Below are positions 37,913 through 52,832 of a stretch of DNA of 64,000 nt, one piece after another. A program made the translations under genes and the position numbers. Below the pieces are notes generated by a model. That model was not told where the DNA came from, did no database searches, and saw only the letters and a list, made by a program, of their open reading frames with translations. How positions within the stretch are numbered: the stretch's first letter is position 1; each line of letters begins with the position of its first letter. This stretch comes from Eledone cirrhosa (lineage: Eukaryota): positions 61,504,001-61,568,000 of the forward strand of contig OZ024740.1 in assembly GCA_964016885.1 (NCBI GenBank), given 5' to 3'.

Positions 37913-39868
37913 TAAAGACTCCCATAGGAAGGTGGATTGGGTGGACCAAAGCTATACGGACCCCCCAAAACACTGATCAGGTAAGAAAAATGGTCGCACA
38001 TGCAATAGGGGCTAGTATCAAAACTACCCTAAAGGGCCACATATTTAAGTCCAATGAGAAAATCTACACCCAAAATGAGGGAGCAGCCATCGGCGTCAGC
38101 ATAGCTGGTGATGTTGCCAACCTTTTCATGGTATGGTGGGAAAGGAGACTTAAAGATCTCCTTAATGAAAGCTCCATAGACCTCATCATGTACTCTCGTT
38201 ATGTAGACGATATCAATATAGTTATAAGAACACCCCCACTAGAGAGCACTAACAAGTTTGATTTAGAACGTAGCACGATGGAAAGCATCCAGCAGATAGC
38301 TAATTCCATACACCAGAGTATAACTGTAACTATAGACTTCCCTTCCAAACACCCTAACAATAGACTACCTGTATTAGACACAGAACTCTGGATTAACACT
38401 ATAGACGAGAGAGCCCAAATTCTCCACTCACACTATGCTAAACCCATGGCCTCCAAATACCTGATACTCAAAAACTCAGCAATGTCCAGTAGTGCTAAGT
38501 TTAATATTCTGATCGCAGATTTGGTACGAGTGATGAAGAATGTGTCCAGCATGTGCGACCCAACAAAAATGGAAGGACACATCCATGCAGTTCTCTGGCT
38601 ACAACCAAAGAGACAGAGTCAGAGTATACGAAGGAGCCATGGAAAAGTATAAGACCCTCATAGAACTGGACATGAAAGGAATTTGCCCACTATACAGGAG
38701 CAAATCATGGAATAGCTTAGATAGGGCTAGACATAAGATAGGGAAGGCCACATCATGGTACGACAACCAGAGATATCAGAGTGTCATGTTTGTGGACGCC
38801 ACCCCTGGAGGGAAATTAGCTAACCAGTGTAGAAAGGCCCTGAGAAAGACCCACTTAAAAATAAAGGTGGTAGAAAAGCCAGGAACCACCATAAAATCCC
38901 TGATCAGCAAAACCTACCCTTTTAAGAAAACCCACTGTACCAATAGGAAATGTATCATATGTAAGGTGAACCCCCGGATAAACTGTAAAACTAGAAACGT
39001 AGTCTATAGCATAAGATGTACAGAGGGTACTTGCAGAAACACGACAACAATATACATAGGTGAGACAGCTCGTAGCATAGGTGAAAGGATAGACCAACAC
39101 TGGGGGGAACTAAAAGGACGAAAAAACGGGTCAGTACTATACGAACACGCTAGACAACAACATGACGGTAACATAGACAACATAGAAATTAGAATAATAT
39201 CTAAACATAGGAATGACCCAGCAGATAGGCAAATCAGAGAGGCCAGTGAAATAGAAATTAGAAGACCAAAGCTAAACAGAAAGAATGAGTGGAACAACAA
39301 CAACACCCAAACAAACAACACTGACCTAAGAGAAGTATAAATAAATAAGTAAATTAAATAAAATAAAATAAGATAAATAAATACATACACAAGCACATAA
39401 ACACACACTAGTCACCCAGCAGACACAACACCATACACACTAGTCACACATCACACATAACACTATACACACACGCAAACGCATGCGCAAAGAAGACAAA
39501 ATAAAATAAGATAAACAAACAAGCAAATAAATAAATAAATATATAGACAGACTGAACAAAAAAAATGGCGTAGACATACAACACAACAGGAGGAACAATG
39601 AATATAACACCACTGACGATGTTGCAGATGTGCAACGAAAGATTTATGTAAATTATGTAAACTATATATATATGCGTTTGTCTATATTGTATCTGTATTA
39701 TTTTTGACCGCCGGTCAGTCAATGGCAACATTGAGGACCGAGTAAGTTAGATCGCAGATATATATATATAAAAGACAGCGAGAAGCGAAAACCAACCAAA
39801 CAGTGAGTGTGTTCTGTTATTAATTCTGGCAATATTACGCAAATATGACCCTCCCCAAATATAACAAC
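37913..39868 (+). mobile_element. Penelope-like element family 1, 5'-truncated (RT + GIY-YIG, frameshift ~38570)
   Basis: [21 protein letters not shown]; NVVYSIRC..IYIGETARSIGERIDQH..REASEI..LNRKNE. Confidence 0.9.
39605..39680 (+). ncRNA. candidate hammerhead core (also 50226-50290 + and 49265-49329 -)
   Basis: CUGACGA-U-GUUGCA(GAUG)UGCAAC-GAAA; stems I/III weak. Confidence 0.45.
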
Positions 39869-39914
39869 ATATATATATACATATATATATATATACATAT
39901 ACATATATATATAC

Positions 39915-39985
<71 letters not shown>

Positions 39986-40004
39986 CATATATATATTTAT
40001 ATAC

Positions 40005-40035
<31 letters not shown>

Positions 40036-40050
40036 CATATATACATATAT

Positions 40051-40135
<85 letters not shown>

Positions 40136-40234
40136 CATATATACATATATATATATATATACATATATACATATATATATATATATACATATACAATATT
40201 AAATAAATGGAAACTATATTTATAAAACCATATT

Positions 40235-40300
40235 TATTTCATTATATATATTTCAGGGATATTATATTAACAATATGCTATGCCTTCCTCAGACAAAATA
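40235..40300 (-). ncRNA. minimal type I hammerhead ribozyme
   Basis: UAUUUUGU-CUGAGGA-stem II (AGG..CCU)-GAA-AUAUAUAU (palindrome)-A-AUGAAAUA. Confidence 0.75.
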
Positions 40301-41828
40301 CAATATAAACAGTTTTATAGATAAATAGATTCGACATACCGTAACAACATCGACTTGCATTTGAAGAGGTTGATTTGGCAGTGAGAAAATTGTACACAGA
40401 GAGAAAGAAAGAGAGAAAAAAGAAAGAAAAAGAGAAAACGAAGAAAAGGAAGAAAAAGAAGAAATGCATTGAACAAAATAGAGAGATGGAAAGATAGATA
40501 AAGAGAAGAACTCCATGTAAAGAAACAGAAAGATATATATATATATAGAGAGAGAGGAAATAGAGATAGATACATATATATATAGAAAATTAGGTAGTGG
40601 GAGGTCTGTTGAGTAAATGTATCAATGATACATTTATTTATTTATTTATTTATTTAGCTCTAGTATTAATGTAAGGGAGATATATAGAGGGAGAAAAAAA
40701 TATAGAGAGAGAAAAAATATAGCGAGAGAAAAAATTTAAAAATAACCAGATATATGCGAGGCGTAAAAACCCTATGTTTTAACGTAGATGTATTAGTATT
40801 TATAAAACATCCACTATATTGTAAATATCAGTATTCCTGAATGAGACAAGTATCCATAGTGTGTGAAAATTAATGATCTTATGTTTAGTTTTTTAAAAAA
40901 TTCATATGTTTATGTGATAGCTACAAACATCAATGTGAATCTACATGATCAACTCTGCAAATCCTAAGTTCACGGAAAACATTCTCAATGTGGTATAAAA
41001 ATTTGAGTATACATATATGTGTATTATTATTCCTGTCTTTACTCTACAAGATTATCTATCAAGCAGAAATAGAGAGCAGATTTCAATATACTAATAAAAA
41101 ATATATATCAGAAACAAAACTAAAAAATAAAAAATAACAATAATAATAATAAGTAATAATAAAATAGAAAACTAAAAAAATAAAAAAATATTACGAAAGA
41201 ATATTACATATTAAAAATATTACATATTAAAAAATTTACATATTAAAGATATTAAAAATAAAAAAAAAAATATTAGAAAATACTACAATAATAAAAAATA
41301 AAAATAAACCACAAAGATCAACCCTTCAAAATTAATTGACAATATATTGCCAAGTTCATTATAAGCATCAGAGTCGAAAAACAGACAAAGCCAAAAATTA
41401 TCTATCAAATCACATCTAGCAAAGATCATTTCAAAAAGTATTAGGATGCCCAATTTGGTCTACATGTGTTCTTATATTTAATATAGAAGTTTATCTAGTG
41501 TAACGTTTATTCGAAATATTTGGAGCATCATCTTTTAGGGTAGCTTAATTTTTCATGAGGAATGTTTAAATAAAAATAAAATAAAAATAAAAAATAAAAA
41601 ATAAAAAAAGAATAAAAAGAAGGAATCAAAGATTTATCGGCTAGTTTCCCATATAAATATAAATCAAACTAAATATACTACATTTTAAATTTAAATTTAA
41701 ACGTTGAGTTTAATCTATGTTTGCAACAACTGAATAAATTTGTCCGTAGATTAAGGGAATTTTTAGATTTTAGTATAAAGAATATCTCCTCTGCGCAGAG
41801 GTCACATGTCTCAGAGGATGAATTAAAA

Positions 41829-43035
41829 TTTTTAATCAATTCGCTACATAGGAAAATACCTGGTACTACCGGAGGTTTATATAGAGATGACATGCTTTTA
41901 CTTATTGATAATAATAACCCTGAACTAAATAGAAAATGTAAACAAATTACACAATTTTTTAATTACTTTAATCTTAAAATAGAAATTGAGAACAACCATA
42001 GAATAGTCAATTTCCTAGATATAACATTAAATCTCAACACATGTCTTCACTATCCTTTTCACAAGTTGAATGAAAACTTAAACTATGTCAACTTTAACTC
42101 TAACCACCCCCAGATCTGTCAAAAACACTATAGTAAACTCTGTTCAAAAACGTATCTCTAGGATCTCGTCGAATAGAAAGATTTTCGACGAAAAAGCCCA
42201 ATACTATAATGAAGCATTAGCTAGAGCAGGATATGCTGATAAGATTGTGTACATAGATAATGATAGACAAACTAAACAAAGTAACAACTTTTTTAATTAC
42301 GGCAACAACCTTAACAACTATAATAGAAAGCATTACAATAATTCCAAAGGCCAAAAAAGAAATAGAACTAGGAACATAATTTGGTTTGCCCCCCCTTTCT
42401 CACTAAACATTAAAACCCACATCGCTAAACTATTTTTCAAAGCTCTTGATAATCGCTTCCCTAGAACACATAGGTATCACTCAATTTTCAATAGACATAC
42501 AATAAAATTAACCTACTCATCCACCAAAAATTTAGCACAAAATATTAATAGAATAAATAATAGGAACTTAAAACCTAGTGATAATAGCATAAATAATATA
42601 CAGGTTAACAAATGTAACTGTAGAGATAGATCTAAATGTCTGTTAAATAACAACTGCTTAGTTAAAAATATAGTATACAATTGTAATGTTAATACTGACT
42701 CTAATTCTTTTAACTACGTCGGTTCCACATCGACGGAATTTAAACTTCGCTATAATAACCACAAGAATTCTTTCACAGATCCAAGCAAAAAATCTTCAAC
42801 GGCACTATCAGGCGTACTCTGGCAACTTAAGCTAGATAACGTTAGATATTCGACGGCTTGGAATATAGTCTCAAGAGGGATTCCTTTTAATTCATCCTCT
42901 GAGACATGTGACCTCTGCGCAGAGGAGATATTCTTTATACTAAAATCTAAAAATTCCCTTAATCTACGGACAAATTTATTCAGTTGTTGCAAACATAGAT
43001 TAAACTCAACGTTTAAATATAAATTTAAAATGTAG
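41829..43035 (+). pseudogene. PLE RT C-terminus + GIY-YIG endonuclease (frameshift ~42105)
   Basis: ORFs 41721-42161 and 42085-43035. Confidence 0.85.
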
Positions 43036-44317
43036 TATATTTAGTTTGATTTATATTTATATGGGAAACTAGCCGATAAATCTTTGATTCCTTCTTTTTA
43101 TTCTTTTTTTATTTTTTATTTATTTTTTTTTTTTTTATTTTATTTTTATTTAAACATTCCTCATGAAAAATTAAGCTACCCTAAAAGCTGATGCTCCAAA
43201 TATTTCGAATAAACGTTACACTAGATAAACTTCTATATTAAATATAAGAACACATGTAGACCAAATTGGGCATCCTAATACTTTTTGAAATGATCTTTGC
43301 TAGATGTGATTTGATAGATAATTTTTGGCTTTGTCTGTTTTTCGACTCTGATGCTTATAATGAACTTGGCAATATATTGTCAATTAATTTTGAAGGGTTG
43401 ATCTTTGTGGTTTATTTTTATATTTTATTATTGTAGTATTTTCTAATATTTTTATTTTTAATATTTTTAATATGTAAATTTTTTAATATGTAATATTTTT
43501 AATATGTAATATTCTTTCGTAATATTTTTTTATTTTTTTAGTTTTCTATTTTATTATTACTTATTATTATTATTGTTATTTTTTATTTTTTAGTTTTGTT
43601 TCTGATATATATTTTTATTAGTATATTGAAATCTGCTCTCTATTTCTGCTTGATAGATAATCTTGTAGAGTAAAGACAGGAATAATAATACACATATATG
43701 TATACTCAAATTTTTATACCACATTGAGAATGTTTTCCGTGAACTTAGGGTTTGCAGAGTTGATCATGTAGATTCACATGGATGTTTGTAGCTATCACAT
43801 AAACATATGAATTTTTTAAAAAACTAAACATAAGATCATTAATTTTCACACACTATGGATACTTGTCTCATTCAGGAATACTGATATTTACAATATAGTG
43901 GATGTTTTATAAATACTAATACCTCTACGTTAAAACATAGGGTTTTTACGCCTCGCATATATCTGGTTATTTTTAAATTTTTTCTCTCGCTATATTTTTT
44001 CTCTCTCTATATTTTTTTCTCTCTATATATATCTCCCTTACATTAATACTAGAGCTAAATAAATAAATAAATAAATAAATGTATCATTGATACATTTACT
44101 CAACAGACCTCCCACTACCTAATTTTCTATATATATATGTATCTATCTCTATTTCCTCTCTCTCTATATATATATATCTCTTTCTGTTTCTTTACATGAA
44201 GTTCTTCTCTTTATCTATCTTTCCATCTCTCTATTTTGTTCAATGCATTTCTTCTTTTTCTTCGTTTTCTGTTTTTCTTTCTTTTTTCTCTCTTTCTTAT
44301 ATATATACATACATACA

Positions 44318-44351
<34 letters not shown>

Positions 44352-44748
44352 CATATATATATACATATATATATACATATATATATACATATATATATAC
44401 ATATATATATACATACATATATACATATATATATACATACATATATACATACATACATATATACATACATATATACATACATATATACATACATATATAT
44501 ATACATATATACATACATATATACATACATATATACATACATATATATATACATATATATATACATATATATATACATACATATATACATACATATATAC
44601 ATATATAACGAAGGAAATGTGGTAAGGAACCAGGTGGACCATAACGCACCAAAGTACTCAATACTTGAGGTAGTAGAATGGGTAATAGAAACCAGTAAGA
44701 CCCCGACAGCTGAGCTCAAGCCGTTTCGACGGCTAATTCTGGACTCAT

Positions 44749-44794
44749 ACATATATACATATATATATACATATATATATATACATATATATAT

Positions 44795-44875
<81 letters not shown>

Positions 44876-45124
44876 CATATATATACATATATATACATAT
44901 ATATACATATATATATATATATATACATATATATACATATATATACATATATATACATATATATATATATATATACATATATATACATATATATACATAT
45001 ATACATATATATACATATATATACATATATACATATATATACATATATACATATATATACATATATATACATATACATATATATACATATATATATATAT
45101 ATACATATATATACATATATATAC

Positions 45125-45159
<35 letters not shown>

Positions 45160-45199
45160 CATATATATACATATATATATATATATACATATATATACA

Positions 45200-45287
<88 letters not shown>

Positions 45288-45317
45288 CACATATATATAT
45301 ATACACATATATATACA

Positions 45318-45353
<36 letters not shown>

Positions 45354-45365
45354 CATATATATACA

Positions 45366-45419
<54 letters not shown>

Positions 45420-45430
45420 CATATATATAC

Positions 45431-45463
<33 letters not shown>

Positions 45464-45501
45464 CATATATATACATATATACATATATATACATATATAC
45501 A
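44749..45501. repeat. TA/CA microsatellite
   Basis: Direct inspection. Confidence 0.95.
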
Positions 45502-47674
45502 TATTCAAGATTGCGAGGCAGTGTGTCAGAGATAGTTGTGATGTCATTGGAGAGAAGTGTATCCGGAATGATAAAGGTGAGCTTGCCCTCACAAGTGCTG
45601 AGAAGAAAGATGCATGGAAGAGTCATTATGATAGATTACTAAATGAGGAGAATGCATGGGAAGAAGAGACCCTACCCCACGTAGACCCTATAGAGGGACC
45701 AGCAGTACAAGTCAGCGGCAGCGTAGTAAGTAAGGCAATCAGAGATATGAAGATAGGGAAGGCAACCGGTCCATCGGGTATAGCTGCCGAGATGCTGAAG
45801 GCATCTGGGTCTGTAGGTCACACTATAACCACACGTATCGTTAACCAGGTAATACTAGAGGGGGCCATACCAAAAGATTGGTGCAGTAGCATCATTGTCA
45901 ACTGCTACAAAGGTAAAGGCGATGCACTAGATAGAGGAAACTATAGAGGTATAAAGTTGATGGACCAGGTCATGAAAGTAACAGAAAGAGTTATAGCACA
46001 GCTGATTAGGGACCGGGTGAATATAGACGAGATGCAATTTGGGTTTGTACCAGGGAAAGGCACCACTGATGCGCTCTTCCTTGTGAGGCAATTACAGGAA
46101 AAGTACCTAGCTAAAAGTAAGCCACTCTACTTGGCATTTGTCGACCTTGAGAAAGCCTTTGACAGAGTTCCACGTGCAGTAATCTGGTGGGCTCTTAGAA
46201 AACTAGGAGTAGATGAATGGCTTGTGAAAGCGGTACAAGCCATGTATAGGGGAGCAGTCAGCAAAGTTAGGATTGGCAATGAGTATAGCGAGGAATTTAG
46301 CGTACAGGTTGGGGTCCACCAGGGCTCTGTTCTTAGCCCTCTCCTGTTCATCATAGTCCTGCAGGCAATAACGGAGGAGTTTAAGACCGGATGCCCATGG
46401 GAACTCCTGTATGCTGATGACCTCGCACTCATAGCTGAATCTATGGTAGAACTAGAGAATAAATTCCAAACCTGGAAGCAGGGACTAGAGAGAAAGGGCC
46501 TCAAAGTCAACATGACAAAGACTAAGGTCCTTATAAGTAGACGAGAAAACAGAACCCAGATCCCCTCAGGGAAATGGCCTTGCTCAGTATGTAGGAAAGG
46601 TGTAGGTAGGAACTCCATTCTTTGCCCCAAATGCAAACAATGGGTACACAAGAGATGTAGCGGGATCTCAGGAAGCTTAATTAAGAATGTAGGATTCACA
46701 TGCAGCAGCTGTGCTGAAACAGCAAGCAAACAGCCACAGGAAACAAGTACCACCAATCTCTGGGAGGGCCCTGTAGAAACAGTAGACAGCTTCTGCTACC
46801 TAGGTGACCGAATTAGCAACGGAGGTGGGTGCTCAGAAAGTACAATAACTAGGGTAAGAACGGGATGGAAGAAGTTTAGGGAACTACTACCACTGCTAGC
46901 TGCAAAAGGCTTCTCCCTCAGAATGAAAGGCAGACTGTATGATGCGTGTATCCGAACAGCGATGTTGCATGGTAGTGAGACCTGGGCGCTGAAGGTGGAA
47001 GACCTACGTAGATTAGAGAGAAACGAAGCCTGCATGCTCCGATGGATGTGTAACAGTAATATACGTGAACGACAAAGCATAAATGAATTGAGAGAGAGAC
47101 TGAGCATAAGAGGAATCAAATGCTGCGTGCAGGAGAGGCGGTTACGCTGGTATGGACATGTGATGCGTATGAAGGATGACAGCTGCATAAAAAGGTGCAG
47201 AGCACTAGAAGTTGATGGAAACCGCGGAGTGGGGAGACCCAAGATGACTTGGGATGAGGTGATAAAAGCCGACCTTACCCAACTACACCTCTCAAAGTCA
47301 ATGACACACGACCGTGACTTCTGGCGTCACGCAGTAATACAGGGTACCCGACCTCCCATGGGTACATGCTGAAGCATATAAACAATATGCCCCCCCCCCC
47401 CCACCGCAAGGTGGTCGTGGAGGTGCCACGGCAAAAAAGCACCCAGCCCACACTGTAAAGTGGACGTGTAGGCGCCACGAAAAAGCACCCAGCACTCACT
47501 GTAAATGAGGTTGGTGTTAGGAAGGGCATCCAGCTGTAGAAATCAAGCCAGATCAGTTCCTGTATGAGCAAGGCATGGTCAGCCAACCAGACACTGCCCA
47601 CAACAGGACAACCCATCTAACCCATGCTAGCGTGGAAGAACGGACGTAAAACGGTGATGATGATGATGATGATG

Positions 47675-47675
<1 letters not shown>
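45502..47675 (+). mobile_element. RTE-A, 5'-truncated, near-identical to 10214-12382
   Basis: Protein identical from FKIARQC to PPMGTC*; (GAT)n tail. Confidence 0.96.
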
Positions 47676-47707
<32 letters not shown>

Positions 47708-47716
47708 CATATATAC

Positions 47717-47747
<31 letters not shown>

Positions 47748-47766
47748 CATATATACATATATATAC

Positions 47767-47799
<33 letters not shown>

Positions 47800-47840
47800 C
47801 ATATATATACATATATATACATATATATACATATATATAC

Positions 47841-47881
<41 letters not shown>

Positions 47882-47896
47882 TATACATATATATAC

Positions 47897-47946
<50 letters not shown>

Positions 47947-47947
<1 letters not shown>

Positions 47948-48288
47948 ACTCATAACAACAATACGGCACAATTACCTAAATCGCAACTCATAACAACAAT
48001 ACGGCACAATTATTTCACCTCAATCGGCCCTGCTCTCTTCAACATCACACCAGGACACGTCAAAACAGAAACTGACCACACAAAATTCAAGAAGTCTTTG
48101 GACAAATTCCTCCAAGTAATCCCGGACAAACCACCCACACCCGGATATGTCTCCGCAAACAGTAATTCTCTTCTCGAATGGGCCATGGTGCCCAAATCCT
48201 GAATTGAAAGACTTCGCCAGGTGGTGCTATTAAGTTAGACATGGCCTGGGCCAATACTGGCCAAAACATTTCAAAGTTATTCAAAGTT
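47947..48288 (+). mobile_element. CR1/L2-like LINE 3' fragment
   Basis: [32 protein letters not shown]; tail (TTCAAAGTTA)2. Confidence 0.7.
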
Positions 48289-48304
48289 ATATATATATAT
48301 ATAC

Positions 48305-48339
<35 letters not shown>

Positions 48340-48400
48340 CATATATATACATATATATATACATATATATACATATATATATATACATATATATATATAC

Positions 48401-48485
<85 letters not shown>

Positions 48486-48682
48486 CATATATATATACAT
48501 ATATATACATATATATATACATATATATATATATACATATATATACATATATATATACATATATATATATATACATATATACATATATATATACATATAT
48601 ATATACATATATATATACATATATATATACATATATATATACATATATATATATATACATATATATATACATATATATATAC

Positions 48683-48713
<31 letters not shown>

Positions 48714-48787
48714 CATATATATATACATATATATATACATACATATATATATACATACATATATATATACATACATATATATATATA

Positions 48788-48820
<33 letters not shown>

Positions 48821-49017
48821 ACATATATACATATATATATATACATATATATATATACATATATATATATACATATATATATATACATATATATATATAC
48901 ATATATATATATACATATATATATACATATATATATATACATATATATATACATATATATATACATATATATATATATACATATATATATACATATATAT
49001 ATACATATATATATATA

Positions 49018-50482
49018 GCGGCGATGAATTAGTTTTGCGAGGTTTTTTATATGAAATCGTGTGTCGAAACAGATATTGTTATATTTGGGGAGGGTCATAT
49101 TTGCGTAATATTGCCAGAATTAATAACAGAACACACTCACTGTTTGGTTGGTTTTCGCTTCTCGCTGTCTTTTATATATATATATTTGCGATCTAACTTA
49201 CTCAGTCCTCAATGTTGCCATTGACTGACCGGCGGTCAAAAATAATACAGATACAATATAGACAAACACATATATATATAGTTTACATAAATCTTTCGTT
49301 GCACATCTGCAACATCGTCAGTGGTGTTATATTCATTGTTCCTCCTGTTGTGTTGTATGTCTACGCCATTTTTTTTTGTTCAGTCTGTCTATATATTTAT
49401 TTATTTATTTGCTTGTTTGTTTATCTTATTTTATTTTGTCTTCTTTGCGCATGCGTTTGCGTGTGTGTATAGTGTTATGTGTGATGTGTGACTAGTGTGT
49501 ATAGTGTTGTGTCTGCTGGGTGACTAGTGTGTGTTTATGTGCTTGTGTATGTATTTATTTATCTTATTTTATTTAATTTAATTTACTTATTTATTTATAC
49601 TTCTCTTAGGTCAGTGTTGTTTGTTTGGGTGTTGTTGTTGTTCCACTCATTCTTTCTGTTTAGCTTTGGTCTTCTAATTTCTATTTCACTGGCCTCTCTG
49701 ATTTGCCTATCTGCTGGGTCATTCCTATGTTTAGATATTATTCTAATTTCTATGTTGTCTATGTTACCGTCATGATGTTGTCTAGCATGTTCGTATACAA
49801 CATAGAAATTAGAATAATATCTAAACATAGGAATGACCCAGCAGATAGGCAAATCAGAGAGGCCAGTGAAATAGAAATTAGAAGACCAAAGCTAAACAGA
49901 AAGAATGAGTGGAACAACAACAACACCCAAACAAACAACACTGACCTAAGAGAAGTATAAATAAATAAGTAAATTAAATTAAATAAAATAAGATAAATAA
50001 ATACATACACAAGCACATAAACACACACTAGTCACCCAGCAGACACAACACTATACACACTAGTCACACATCACACATAACACTATACACACACGCAAAC
50101 GCATGCGCAAAGAAGACAAAATAAAATAAGATAAACAAACAAGCAAATAAATAAATAAATATATAGACAGACTGAACAAAAAAAAATGGCGTAGACATAC
50201 AACACAACAGGAGGAACAATGAATATAACACCACTGACGATGTTGCAGATGTGCAACGAAAGATTTATGTAAACTATATATATATGTGTTTGTCTATATT
50301 GTATCTGTATTATTTTTGACCGCCGGTCAGTCAATGGCAACATTGAGGACCGAGTAAGTTAGATCGCAGATATATATATATAAAAGACAGCGAGAAGCGA
50401 AAACCAACCAAACAGTGAGTGTGTTCTGTTATTAATTCTGGCAATATTACGCAAATATGACCCTCCCCAAATATAACAATAT
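49018..50482. mobile_element. Head-to-head inverted pair of PLE family 1 3' ends
   Basis: Minus arm 49018-49796, plus arm 49797-50482; both match 39139-39868. Confidence 0.92.

Positions 50483-52832
<2,350 letters not shown>

Larger units (their letters stand above)
40195..44298 (+). mobile_element. Penelope-like element family 2 with a 1.4-kb inverted terminal copy
   Basis: 40405-41828 is rc of 42885-44298; RT GGLYRDD, VNFLDITL; endonuclease NIVYNC..YVGST..FKLRYNNH..CDLC..CCKH. Confidence 0.9.

Noticed and set aside
43160-43220. SECIS or hammerhead after the PLE family 2 ORF (ATGA..TGAT; CTGATGC)
   Set aside because: No SECIS-length stem, no in-frame TGA, and the hammerhead core is broken
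44196-47372. 1058-aa ORF as a full-length protein
   Set aside because: Chance read-through of PLE UTR + microsatellite + orphan island into a truncated RTE-A
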